Assembly (NCBI GenBank): GCA_002731215.1
Contig: PCAP01000015.1
Span: 1 to 52,412, forward strand
DNA: 52,412 bases
Source of the DNA: Acidobacteriota bacterium
GTDB taxonomy: Bacteria; Acidobacteriota; UBA890
Direction: 5' to 3'
Position 1 is the first letter of the stretch. Every line of letters starts with the position of its first letter. The notes below the pieces were generated by a model. That model saw nothing but the letters and a program-made list of their open reading frames with translations, was not told the origin of the DNA and made no database searches. The translations under genes were made by a program, and so were the position numbers. Positions 30,563 to 39,663 of this stretch are shown here, piece by piece.

Positions 30563-30962
30563 AAGCAAACATTGGGATTTTGATTGCCGAACGATCGCGG
30601 TAATTGTTGGGATGGTTTTTCTTACTGCTGCAGCTGGGTGCGCCGCCCGTCGGGTACCCACGGGTGGAGGGGGAGCCCCGGAAGGAGACGCGTCGTGGTA
30701 CGGCATTGCTTATCATGGACGGATAGCAGCTGACGGTAGCCGTTACAACATGTACGAGTTTACGGCGGCCCACAAAACACTGGAGTTCGGTACGCAGTTG
30801 CTGGTGACGAACCTCAGTAATGGCCGTACCGTGAAGGTGAAGATCACCGACCGGGGCCCATTCGTGGAGGGACGTATTATCGACCTATCTTTTACCGCCG
30901 CGCAGGCATTAGGAATGCTCAACGACGGTGTCGCGCCAGTGCATTTGGAGATCATAGGGTGA
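30555..30962 (+). CDS. rlpA: RlpA-family lipoprotein (DPBB domain only)
   Basis: Signal peptide with AAAGC lipobox; ASWYG, TAAHKTL, TDRGPFVEGRIIDLS; GTG start chosen from the GGGAG SD. Confidence 0.88.
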   Translation: MVESKHWDFDCRTIAVIVGMVFLTAAAGCAARRVPTGGGGAPEGDASWYGIAYHGRIAADGSRYNMYEFTAAHKTLEFGTQLLVTNLSNGRTVKVKITDRGPFVEGRIIDLSFTAAQALGMLNDGVAPVHLEIIG

Positions 30963-31669
30963 GCTTAGTACCCCGTCTTGCGGTCGCTCTTGACTTTGAA
31001 AACCGTGATGATGCTCTGCGGAACGCCGCTACATTGCACGACCATGTCGATGTTGCCAAGGTGGGGCTTGAACTATTTATCAGTGCTGGTCCGAGGCTTG
31101 TTGAGGAACTTGTCGGCACAGGGTGGGAAGTCTTTCTTGATCTTAAGTTGCACGACATTCCGGCCACAGTAGCCGGCGCAGTGCGTTCTGCAGGGAGACT
31201 CGGGGTTGAATTCATGACACTGCACACGGCTGGTGGACGAAGCATGATGGAGGCGGCAGTAGCGGCCCGTTCCAACGGGACTCCGAGACTCTTGGGGGTA
31301 ACATTGTTGACTAGCCTTGACAGTGAACATATTGGGGAGATTGGTTATCAAGGCAGCACTGGCGAAAATGTCGCCCGGCTCGCTAACTTGGCCCACGAGG
31401 CAGGATACGACGGCGTTGTTTCGTCCCCCCACGAGGTAGCAACGATCAAAGCAGTGCACGGAGAGGACTTCTTGGTTGTTTGTCCCGGTATCAGGCCAGC
31501 TGGGGCATCGATTGATGACCAAGCAAGGGTCGCGACTGCGAGCGAAGCGATCAAAGCGGGGGCAGACATCTTGGTGGTGGGACGACCAATTATCAAGGCG
31601 TCTGACCCAGCAGCGGCTGCCCAGGAAATTCGGTCAGAAATGGAGCATGCATATGACCGGCGAAATTAA
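30959..31669 (+). CDS. pyrF: Orotidine-5'-phosphate decarboxylase
   Basis: VALD, KVGLEL, FLDLKLHDIPATV, PGIR, VVGRPI. Confidence 0.97.
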   Translation: MSLVPRLAVALDFENRDDALRNAATLHDHVDVAKVGLELFISAGPRLVEELVGTGWEVFLDLKLHDIPATVAGAVRSAGRLGVEFMTLHTAGGRSMMEAAVAARSNGTPRLLGVTLLTSLDSEHIGEIGYQGSTGENVARLANLAHEAGYDGVVSSPHEVATIKAVHGEDFLVVCPGIRPAGASIDDQARVATASEAIKAGADILVVGRPIIKASDPAAAAQEIRSEMEHAYDRRN

Positions 31670-32435
31670 AGTGGCAGGGGATGATTTGGCAAGACACGAG
31701 CGTCTTGGGCCGCTTGAAGATGCAATCGATTACCGATTCGTTGACCGAGAATTGCTTCACCGTGCGACGATCCACCGATCATTCGCTCATGAAAGCGAAG
31801 AAGACGTTGCTGACAATGAGGTGCTCGAGTTTCTTGGTGATGCAGTTCTTGGCCTCGTGGTGAGCGAATTACTGTACCAACGCAACCCGGAGCTTTCCGA
31901 AGGGGAAATGTCGAAGTTAAAGGCTTTTCTCGTTTCTTCCGAATCACTCGCTCGGAGGGCAGAGGGGATCGATCTCGGCGCATACCTGGTACTTGGAAAG
32001 GGCGAGGAAAAGACTGCAGGCCGGCTGAAAGATTCACTTCTAGCCAATTCATTCGAGGCAGTGATCGCAGCCATATATCTCGATGGTGGACTGCAAGAAG
32101 CCACGAAATTTGTTGATCTCACAGTTTATGAACGTCTCGCCGAAGCAAGCGAGGACAACACTCACTTCAGCGACTTTAAATCCTTATTGCAGGAGCGGCT
32201 CCAGTCGGAGGGCGAGTCGCTTCCAGCTTATAGGGTGGTAGAAGAGAGTGGCCCTGACCATGCCAAGATGTTCTCTGTGGAGGTGGAGTTGGATGGTCAA
32301 GCAATTGCCGTTGGCAACGGCAAGACGAAGAAATCAGCAGAGCAGATGGCGGCTGAACTCGCACTCCAGATTCTCGCCCCTGCCGGGCACGGACGCAGGG
32401 TGTCAGGTGCCTTCGATCCAACCGCCACCGAGTAA
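31653..32435 (+). CDS. rnc: Ribonuclease III
   Basis: HRSF, NEVLEFLGDAVL, EAVIAAIYLDGG, dsRBD DFKSLLQE..KKSAEQMAA; start set at ATG 31653. Confidence 0.96.
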   Translation: MTGEIKVAGDDLARHERLGPLEDAIDYRFVDRELLHRATIHRSFAHESEEDVADNEVLEFLGDAVLGLVVSELLYQRNPELSEGEMSKLKAFLVSSESLARRAEGIDLGAYLVLGKGEEKTAGRLKDSLLANSFEAVIAAIYLDGGLQEATKFVDLTVYERLAEASEDNTHFSDFKSLLQERLQSEGESLPAYRVVEESGPDHAKMFSVEVELDGQAIAVGNGKTKKSAEQMAAELALQILAPAGHGRRVSGAFDPTATE

Positions 32436-33479
32436 TAGGTCACCGTCGTAAAAAGCGACACCTTGCCCTGGGGTGATGGCCCGTTGTGCCTCTTGGAACT
32501 GAACGCAGACACGATCGTTACCGACGGGGGTGATGAGTGCGCCTACCTCATTGTGGCGATGACGAATGCGCGCGTGGGCACGTAAGGGTTTTGTTGGCGC
32601 TTCGATTGAAACCCAGTTGCAACGCACCGCATTCAGCTTTTTAGCCGCGAGCGCCTCACTTGACCCTACGACAAGGGTATCCGTTCCCCGTTCGAGGGCG
32701 ACCACGAACAATGGCTCAGCACTGGTTAGGCCCAACCCTCGGCGTTGCCCTACCGTGAACCGATGTAACCCACTGTGATGCCCTAGTAGCGTTCCATCGA
32801 GGTGGCGTATTGGGCCGTTTCGGCGTTGAGCAATGGGTAGCCTCATTTCGACGAAGTTGTCCTTGTTACCGTCCGGAATGAAGCACAGCTCGTAGCTTTC
32901 GGCTTTATCTGCCACCGGTAAGTTGAGGCGGCGAGCGGTGGCACGCACCTCACCTTTGGCTAACCCACCAAGTGGGAACATGACCTTCTCGAAACGTTCC
33001 ACCGGAACGTCAAACAAGAAATAAGATTGGTCCTTGCTGTGATCGATCCCCTTGTGAAGCTGTGGCCTTGCTGGACTAGGCTCGAGGCGAGCGTAATGGC
33101 CGGTCGCTAGAAAATCAGCTTCGAGACCTCGGGCAAGCTTCCATAAAATATCGAACTTCACTAAACGATTACAGTTTATACAGGGGCTTGGTGTCATTCC
33201 GTTCTTGTATTCTTGGACAAAGGGTTGGACGATATGATCCTCAAAAGCGTCCGAGTGGTCGAAAACGTAGTGGGGTATGTTTAGCTGGTCCGAGACGATT
33301 CGAGCATCGGCGATATCAGCAGGAGAGCAACACCGCCCACGTCCCGAGGTGAGGTTTTCTGCAGTGTAATCCCATAGTTGCAACGTGACCCCGACTACCT
33401 CGTGTCCGTCCTCTCTCAGCATTGCTGCGGCCGTCGACGAGTCGACACCACCGCTCATTGCCACTGCGACCCTTGCCAT
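32403..33479 (-). CDS. mnmA: tRNA 2-thiouridine(34) synthase MnmA (CxxC-type)
   Basis: AMSGGVDS, PCINCN, ATGHYAR, KDQSYFL, ELCF, TVGQRRG, ITPGQ. Confidence 0.97.
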   Translation of the reverse strand: MARVAVAMSGGVDSSTAAAMLREDGHEVVGVTLQLWDYTAENLTSGRGRCCSPADIADARIVSDQLNIPHYVFDHSDAFEDHIVQPFVQEYKNGMTPSPCINCNRLVKFDILWKLARGLEADFLATGHYARLEPSPARPQLHKGIDHSKDQSYFLFDVPVERFEKVMFPLGGLAKGEVRATARRLNLPVADKAESYELCFIPDGNKDNFVEMRLPIAQRRNGPIRHLDGTLLGHHSGLHRFTVGQRRGLGLTSAEPLFVVALERGTDTLVVGSSEALAAKKLNAVRCNWVSIEAPTKPLRAHARIRHRHNEVGALITPVGNDRVCVQFQEAQRAITPGQGVAFYDGDLLLGGGWIEGT

Positions 33480-34639
33480 TAGCGTGTTACCTCGAGGCCC
33501 GACTCACGCACCGCGTGGACAGCGTCGGGAATGGCATGGATGGCACGGTCCACATCCGATTCAGTCGTTTCGTAGCCAAGGGAAAGTCGGAGGCTCCCAG
33601 CGCTGTACTTGGCCGGTAGCCTGAGGGCGTCTATAACCGGGGAGGTTCCTGCCACACCACTCGCGCAGGCGGCGCCGGCTGAGGCGGAGACGCCATCAAG
33701 GTCCAGACGCGCAACGAGCACGTTGCCATCGCAGTGAGCGAAACTCATATGACACGTGTTCGGTAATCGGGACTCGCTGCCATTGCGCCGTGCCCCTTCA
33801 ATACTGTCCAATAGCCTTGTCTCGAGCCGGTCTCGCAGTCCTGAAACCCGCACAACCGACTCGTCGCGAATTGCCCGTGTTCGCGCACAGGCGGCACCGA
33901 AGCCTACAATCAATGCAGTTGCCTCTGTGCCGCCGCGGCGGCCACCTTGCTGACCTCCGCCTCTCACAAATGGTGGCAGATCAAGACCGGGTCGTACGTA
34001 GAGGGCGCCAATGCCCATTGGCCCAGCAATTTTATGCGATGAAAGTGATAGTAGATCGGAGGATATGGTTAAAGGTTGTAGGTCTGTCCACGGTGCAGCC
34101 TGCACAGCGTCAGTGTGAAATAGGGCCCCGGAATCATGCGCCATGGCAGCTATTTTTTCGATGGGCTGGAGGCTACCAACCTCGTTGTTTGCCGCCATAA
34201 TAGAGACCAGTCTGGTATTGGGGCTAATGGCTTCCCGCACTGATTCCAGGGCGACAACGGCTTGGTTGTCGGCGGGAACAAAGGTTACTTCAACGCCAAG
34301 ATCTCGCAGCGCTACCGCTGGTTCCATGACCGCTGGATGCTCAATTGCGGAGATCACCAGGTGACCATGTGGTGGCCATCCTAAACCTCCCCAGATTGCC
34401 ATGTTGTTAGCCTCGGTACCTCCGCTGGTAAAAACCACCGCCGATGGCTGACAACCGAGCAGCTTGGCCACCTGGCCCCGGGCCTTTTCAACTGCAGCAC
34501 GTGACCGCTGGCCGCTTCGGTGGACACTTGATGGGTTGGAGACAGATCCAGTGAGCCACGGCTGCATCTCATTAATAGCTTCGACGCACAAGGGCACACT
34601 AGCGTTGTGGTCCAGATACACGTTTTTCAGGGGCTTCAT
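33479..34639 (-). CDS. Cysteine desulfurase (IscS/NifS class I)
   Basis: YLDHNAS, FTSGGTEANN, HTDAVQ, SSHK PLP lysine, SAGAACASG catalytic Cys; stop overlaps the mnmA start. Confidence 0.93.
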   Translation of the reverse strand: MKPLKNVYLDHNASVPLCVEAINEMQPWLTGSVSNPSSVHRSGQRSRAAVEKARGQVAKLLGCQPSAVVFTSGGTEANNMAIWGGLGWPPHGHLVISAIEHPAVMEPAVALRDLGVEVTFVPADNQAVVALESVREAISPNTRLVSIMAANNEVGSLQPIEKIAAMAHDSGALFHTDAVQAAPWTDLQPLTISSDLLSLSSHKIAGPMGIGALYVRPGLDLPPFVRGGGQQGGRRGGTEATALIVGFGAACARTRAIRDESVVRVSGLRDRLETRLLDSIEGARRNGSESRLPNTCHMSFAHCDGNVLVARLDLDGVSASAGAACASGVAGTSPVIDALRLPAKYSAGSLRLSLGYETTESDVDRAIHAIPDAVHAVRESGLEVTR

Positions 34640-34646
34640 ATGGAAA

Positions 34647-34655
34647 ATGGTAACA
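34647..34655 (-). promoter_or_regulatory. Extended -10 (TG-T-TACCAT) 7 nt before the cysteine desulfurase ATG
   Basis: Plus-strand ATGGTAACA at 34647-34655; no SD before ATG 34639. Confidence 0.5.
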
Positions 34656-34840
34656 GGAGGAGTTCCTGACTGAAGGGTCGTTTGCTCTAAGGAATATGAC
34701 TTGAATCGCCTCTAGACCGATCGCTTCTTGGTTCAAAACTTGCCATATAGCTAATCTGGAGCGTGGAAAGTGACGTGGCTAGTCTCGCCAGCCAACGCTA
34801 CGCTGTCGGGTGAAAGGCAATGTACATAGACTACGATGAT

Positions 34841-34917
34841 GATCGCGTAAACCGCTACCAGGAAAGGGTTTGGGCCAGTTTGCGGCATTGACCGGAAGGT
34901 TTGCCGTTGATACGATC
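34841..34917 (-). ncRNA. Candidate three-way-junction RNA resembling a degenerate c-di-GMP-I (GEMM) aptamer
   Basis: GGCAAACC...CGCAAA.CUG-GCC...GGU-AG-CGGUUUAC closed by GAUCGU/GCGAUC; GAAA tetraloop and receptor are absent. Confidence 0.25.
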
Positions 34918-35067
34918 GCACCATCTTTTCGAGCAGGTCGCCGTCCTTGCTCGCAGCAAATTGGTGCCTGTTTCTCATCGGCGGTGGGAGTGTCGTTTTA
35001 ACCGTTCTGGGTTGCTAGAAAAAGGTCGTAGCCGTGCACTTGCGCGGGGCACCCAACGAGGATAGAG

Positions 35068-36240
35068 ATGGCTGCTTTCGAAGGCGTTGATTACTACGCG
35101 CTAGACGGACTGTTAAACGACGAGCAAAAGTTGGTGCGGGATACAGTCCGGGAATTTGTCAGCGACAAAATCCTTCCAATCATCGATGAACATCAGCGAG
35201 ATGGAACCTTTCCGGTCGAGACTTTGCCTGGGCTAGCAGCTATGGGCTTACTCGGTGCCAACCTGGAGGGCTACGGGCTTCCGGGACTCGATAACATTTC
35301 CTATGGGCTCATACTGCAAGAGCTTGAGCGCGGTGATTCTGGGCTACGTTCATTCGTTTCAGTGCAGGGTGCGTTGTGTATGTATCCAATCTGGCGCTAT
35401 GGCTCCGAGGCGCAAAAGCAACAGTGGCTCCCGGCAATGGGGAAAGGCGACATCATTGCCTGCTTTGGCCTCACTGAACCCGATGCCGGGTCAGATCCCG
35501 GAGCGATGAGCACGTGTGCAGAACTTGATGGTGATGAGTGGGTGCTAAACGGCGTGAAATACTGGATCACTAACGGGACGATTGCGCAGCTCGCCATCGT
35601 TTGGGCCAAGACTGACAAAGGTATTCGAGGGTTCCTTGTGCCGACCAATACCCCCGGCTTTAGTGCAAACAAGGTCACAGGCAAGTATTCATTACGAGTT
35701 TCGGATACCGCAGAACTCGTCCTGCAAGATTGCCGCATTTCGGCCGACAACGTACTGCCCGATGCTGAAGGTCTCAAAGGCCCGCTCACCTGCCTGAATC
35801 AGGCTCGCTATGGTATCGCCTGGGGCGCTGTTGGTGCGGCAATGGCGTGCTATGACGAAGCGCTTCGTTACGCTAAGAACCGTATTGCGTTTGGTCGTCC
35901 AGTCGCAGCCACGCAGCTGATCCAGGAGTTGCTAGTGGAGTGTGTTACGGAGATTACCAAGGCGCAGCTTATGTGTCTGCGGCTCGGTCAACTCAAGGAA
36001 GCTGGTACCGTGACGCCACAACAAGTCTCGATGGCCAAGCGGAACAACGTCCTTATGGCATTGAACACAGCAAGAACCTGCCGCGAGATTCTCGGTGCTA
36101 ACGGTATCCTGGACGATTACCAGTCATTTCGGCACATGGTGAACCTGGAGTCGGTCTACACGTATGAGGGTACTCATCAGATACACACGCTCATCGTGGG
36201 GCACGACATCACAGGTTACCCAGCCTTCGGCGAGCATTGA
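35068..36240 (+). CDS. gcdH: Acyl-CoA dehydrogenase, glutaryl-CoA dehydrogenase-like
   Basis: DSGLRSFVSVQ, CFGLTEPDAGSDP, KYWITNG, CLNQARYGIAWG, TYEGTH. Confidence 0.85.
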   Translation: MAAFEGVDYYALDGLLNDEQKLVRDTVREFVSDKILPIIDEHQRDGTFPVETLPGLAAMGLLGANLEGYGLPGLDNISYGLILQELERGDSGLRSFVSVQGALCMYPIWRYGSEAQKQQWLPAMGKGDIIACFGLTEPDAGSDPGAMSTCAELDGDEWVLNGVKYWITNGTIAQLAIVWAKTDKGIRGFLVPTNTPGFSANKVTGKYSLRVSDTAELVLQDCRISADNVLPDAEGLKGPLTCLNQARYGIAWGAVGAAMACYDEALRYAKNRIAFGRPVAATQLIQELLVECVTEITKAQLMCLRLGQLKEAGTVTPQQVSMAKRNNVLMALNTARTCREILGANGILDDYQSFRHMVNLESVYTYEGTHQIHTLIVGHDITGYPAFGEH

Positions 36241-36291
36241 CCCTCACAGGGAGGCATTGCTAGCATCGCTGGGGGTTAGTTGAAGGTGGGG

Positions 36292-36367
36292 GCGGGCATA
36301 GCTCAGCTGGCAGAGCGCGAGCTTCCCAAGCTTGAGGTCGCGGGTTCGAATCCCGTTGCCCGCTCCA
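36292..36367 (+). tRNA. tRNA-Gly (CCC)
   Basis: GCGGGCA/TGCCCGC acceptor stem, anticodon loop TT-CCC-AA, GGTTCGAATCC T-arm, encoded CCA. Confidence 0.97.
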
Positions 36368-36396
36368 GTCCACATTAACCATATATCCATTAGTCC

Positions 36397-36939
36397 ATGT
36401 CTATTTTTGGAAAGAAAGCCGATAAAACGCAACAGACTTCAACAGCACCATCACCGAAGAAGTCGTCCCCGCCGAGCCACGCGCTGCAACCACCGCTGGT
36501 GCCTGCAGCCTCAGCAGCTTCCAAGCGATCATATCTCTCAAGTGGCTGCGAATTGGTGGGCGATTTCATGGGTGAGGGTTCATTCCAATGTAGTGGGTCG
36601 TTCAGCGGTAAGATCGATATTTCAGGCGACGTTATTATTGGCCAAAGCGGTACAGCTGAAGCGCAGCTCAAGGCGAGCAGCATCAGTATCGATGGGCGCC
36701 TACACGGGGACGCGACAGGCACTGAGAAAGTCCAAGTTGGCGCATCTGGTCATGTCGAAGGCAACTTGCGTGCACCGGCTGTGCAGTTTATTGAGGGCGC
36801 CTTCTTCGAAGGGAACGTCGAGATGCGACGGTCTGAACACGTTGGCTCTGAAGGTGATTCCATGCTTAACGATGAAGCAGCCGGCGAACCGTTGGGAGAA
36901 GAAGCTAAGAACGACGTAAATTCCGATGATTCAAGTTAG
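36397..36939 (+). CDS. Bactofilin (polymer-forming cytoskeletal protein)
   Basis: Pro/Ser-rich N-terminus, beta-helix repeats (GDVIIGQSG, IDGRLHGD, GHVEGNL, IEGAFFEGNVEM), acidic tail. Confidence 0.9.
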   Translation: MSIFGKKADKTQQTSTAPSPKKSSPPSHALQPPLVPAASAASKRSYLSSGCELVGDFMGEGSFQCSGSFSGKIDISGDVIIGQSGTAEAQLKASSISIDGRLHGDATGTEKVQVGASGHVEGNLRAPAVQFIEGAFFEGNVEMRRSEHVGSEGDSMLNDEAAGEPLGEEAKNDVNSDDSS

Positions 36940-36950
36940 CCGATTGCTAC

Positions 36951-37793
36951 TTGGATTCACAGAGAGGGCCAGTCCACTTGGCCATCTCTTGTAGCAGCGT
37001 GTCTTATGCTGGCCCGTCGTTTCTCCGTGTTGTTGTCAATGCTGGTGGCTCCGGTGCGTGGAACATGGGGCTTGACGAGGCTCTTCTTGAGGATCCTTTT
37101 GGTGGCTGGACCCTTCGTTTGTATCGTTGGGATCGTCCAACGATCTCACTTGGTTACGCCCAACCTCACGAACAAGGTGTAGATACCGTAGTTGCCCGAC
37201 GTCTTGGGATACCGGTTGTTCGGCGGCCTACCGGGGGCCGGGCAGTGCTGCATGCTGACGAACTCACCTACGCGCTCGTGGGGCCGGTTGATCACGGTCC
37301 TTTGTCGGGTCACATCTCGCAGTCGTATCGATGTATCGCCAATGGTTTGCTGACTGGCCTGCGGCGGATCGGTGTTGATGTGCAGCTTGAGCGTAGCGAA
37401 TCGATAGTGAGCCCCTTCAGCAAGGGGCCGTGCTTCAGTGCCCGGACTCGCTATGAACTATCGGTTTGCGGCCGCAAAATTGCTGGCTCGGCTCAGCGTC
37501 GGAGGGGAGGACGGTTGCTGCAACATGGTTCGGTACTTCTCGGCAGTCCTAATAGTCGACTCTGGGCAGCGCTTGGCCATGGCTATCGGCAGGCGGCTGA
37601 ATCATCGATTGGATTGACTGAGGTGCTTGGCCAGCGCCCATCCGCACGCACTCTGGCATTCAACCTGGCGAGAGCACTTGGCGAAGTGGTCCAGTTGCCT
37701 CCCCGCCACTGTGTCCTGAGCCGCGCTGAAATCCGCCGGGCGCGTGGCCACGTGGAGAAATACTCCGATGAAAGTTGGACTTTCAGGCGTTGA
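36951..37793 (+). CDS. Lipoate-protein ligase A / octanoyltransferase LipM family (start uncertain)
   Basis: NMGLDEALL, LRLYRW, VRRPTGGRAVLH, KIAGSAQ, LQHGS. Confidence 0.9.
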   Translation: MDSQRGPVHLAISCSSVSYAGPSFLRVVVNAGGSGAWNMGLDEALLEDPFGGWTLRLYRWDRPTISLGYAQPHEQGVDTVVARRLGIPVVRRPTGGRAVLHADELTYALVGPVDHGPLSGHISQSYRCIANGLLTGLRRIGVDVQLERSESIVSPFSKGPCFSARTRYELSVCGRKIAGSAQRRRGGRLLQHGSVLLGSPNSRLWAALGHGYRQAAESSIGLTEVLGQRPSARTLAFNLARALGEVVQLPPRHCVLSRAEIRRARGHVEKYSDESWTFRR

Positions 37794-37962
37794 TGGGTGC
37801 GCAATGGCTTCTGGGATTGCTTTAACATCTTGTTTGATGGCCACGCGTGATAAACTTTTTTCTTGCGAGGCTCTCCCTGGTTGATGTGCCGCCAAGGCCC
37901 AGATTGCTCCCATTGCTATCCTGGGAGGGGGTTTTCGTCCCAGAGCAGAGGTAGAGGAAGCC

Positions 37963-38949
37963 ATGCCGCGTGATCGTCAGAATCGCTACGGTGAAGAGCG
38001 AATCACCCTGCGTCAAACGCTGGTGATTGCGGTGGTTCTGCATCTCATGCTGGGTGGCGTCCTGCAGTGGAAATCGGATCTGTTGTGGTCCGACCCGGTT
38101 TCGCAGCCTGAGTCAAGGCCAATAGAGTTCCGCTTCGTTGATACACCGGCAATGGAAGCTGAGGAAACCCCCGATACCGAGGTAATGTCCGACGTCGATC
38201 GGGTGGCTGCTGACATGAGCGAGCGTGACGCCGCCGATGATCCCTTCTCCGAAGGCAACACGGCACAGGAGGTTTTGCGTAGCGAAGCAGAGTCGTTCGC
38301 AGAACCTGTTCCGGAGAGCCTTCAGCCGGTGGTGCCCGCCGAGCCAGTTGCTGAGGCAGAGTCGGACACCACTCCAATCGCCGAAGATATATCCGCAAAA
38401 GAAGTCGTGTCACCACCGGAGCCCATTGCTACTACCCCACAACCTCTAGCGACTACGGTGCCGCCGCTCCCGCCCCCAGTGCGCGACACTCTGAGAAACT
38501 CCATACTTCGGGGAATGCAGCAGTATGTAGAGCCAGAGGTTTTTGCCAACTCAGACGGTGGTGTCGATGGCTCCCAAGGGTTGGTCTCATTTGACACAAA
38601 GGGGTATGACCTTGGTGCCTATATCACCCAAGTCCTGCGTATTATCGAGCGCAACTGGAAGAACAACATTCCACCGGCCGCTCGATGGAGGGGACAGGAG
38701 GGGGTGGTTTTTGTGAATATGTCGATTGTGAGGGATGAGGAAACCGGCATTGAGAGAGCAGTGATCAACGTTGCCCGAAGTTGGAGTTCGGGCAAGCCAG
38801 CGTTCGACCAATCGGCCCTGCTCGCCCTCCAGATCTCTAATCCTCTACCGCCATTACCGGCGTTCTTTCCATATGACCAGTTAGACGGCCAGCTAGGGTT
38901 TCTGTATAACATGGATCCGGCCGAGGTTACCTTTCCATCGCAACGTTGA
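37963..38949 (+). CDS. TonB/TolA-family energy transducer
   Basis: N-terminal TM with His (AVVLHL), acidic Pro-rich linker, C-terminal IERNW..SSGKPAFDQSA..PLPPLP; upstream of exbB/exbD. Confidence 0.8.
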   Translation: MPRDRQNRYGEERITLRQTLVIAVVLHLMLGGVLQWKSDLLWSDPVSQPESRPIEFRFVDTPAMEAEETPDTEVMSDVDRVAADMSERDAADDPFSEGNTAQEVLRSEAESFAEPVPESLQPVVPAEPVAEAESDTTPIAEDISAKEVVSPPEPIATTPQPLATTVPPLPPPVRDTLRNSILRGMQQYVEPEVFANSDGGVDGSQGLVSFDTKGYDLGAYITQVLRIIERNWKNNIPPAARWRGQEGVVFVNMSIVRDEETGIERAVINVARSWSSGKPAFDQSALLALQISNPLPPLPAFFPYDQLDGQLGFLYNMDPAEVTFPSQR

Positions 38950-38997
38950 GAGCCGCTTACGGGTGTCTCACAAGTTCTTCCGCTGGACTACTAGGAA

Positions 38998-39660
38998 ATG
39001 ATTGAATTCTTGAAACAAGGCGGCCCGGTGATGTGGCCCCTTTCCCTATGCTCCGTGTTGGCGTTGGCCATCATCGCGGAGCGACTTATTAATCTTCGAC
39101 CCGCTAAGGTGCTTCCGGATGATGAGGTCGAGCATCTAGGTTCGCTTATCAGTGGTGGACTCCTGGAGCAGGCGGAAGACTATTGCGAACGTCGCCCGGG
39201 GCCACTTACCAATATTGTCGCAGCTGCCTTGGATGCCCGATCCGAGCCACCAGAGGGAATTCGACAGGTGGTTGTTGACCAGGGTCGCCAGGAGGTTCCT
39301 CGATTGCAGAAGTATCTGGGGGTGCTGGGCACAGTCGCCAGTGTTTCTCCTTTGCTTGGGTTGCTCGGTACGGTTCTCGGTATGATTGAGGTCTTTCGGA
39401 TCGTTTCGAACCAAGGGATAGGGCAGGCTGACTCGCTTGCAGGAGGAATTTCCCAGGCGATGATCACGACGGCGGCGGGTCTGACAATCGCGATTCCATC
39501 GTTGGTTGCCTACAACGCTTTCTCTGACAGGGCCAACTCTTTAATCCTTGAAATGGAACGCTTGGCGCTTGTTTTTATCAAGCAGATCATGCACCAGCGC
39601 GACAGTGGCGGGGTCGAAAAACCGGTGCCACTTGCTGTTCCTTCGGAGGGGGGACAGTAG
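38998..39660 (+). CDS. exbB: MotA/TolQ/ExbB proton channel
   Basis: GGPVMWPL, SPLLGLLGTVLGMI, LAGGISQAMITTAAGLTIAIP. Confidence 0.9.
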   Translation: MIEFLKQGGPVMWPLSLCSVLALAIIAERLINLRPAKVLPDDEVEHLGSLISGGLLEQAEDYCERRPGPLTNIVAAALDARSEPPEGIRQVVVDQGRQEVPRLQKYLGVLGTVASVSPLLGLLGTVLGMIEVFRIVSNQGIGQADSLAGGISQAMITTAAGLTIAIPSLVAYNAFSDRANSLILEMERLALVFIKQIMHQRDSGGVEKPVPLAVPSEGGQ

Positions 39661-39663
39661 GCG

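Noticed and set aside
31476-31652. Long N-terminal extension of RNase III
   Set aside because: It overlaps pyrF in another frame; ATG 31653 gives a normal-length protein.
34751-34978. 75-aa minus-strand ORF with a hydrophobic stretch (FLVAVYAIIIVVYV)
   Set aside because: No SD and no recognisable family; it overlaps predicted RNA stems. Cannot be supported without conservation data.
36292-36400. tRNA-Gly as an island attachment site
   Set aside because: No integrase, no duplicated tRNA 3' end seen, and flanking genes look chromosomal.
37857-37962. Possible cobalamin riboswitch or Fur box upstream of the TonB-like gene
   Set aside because: No B12-box or AGGGAA core and no Fur-like palindrome seen; the region is short.
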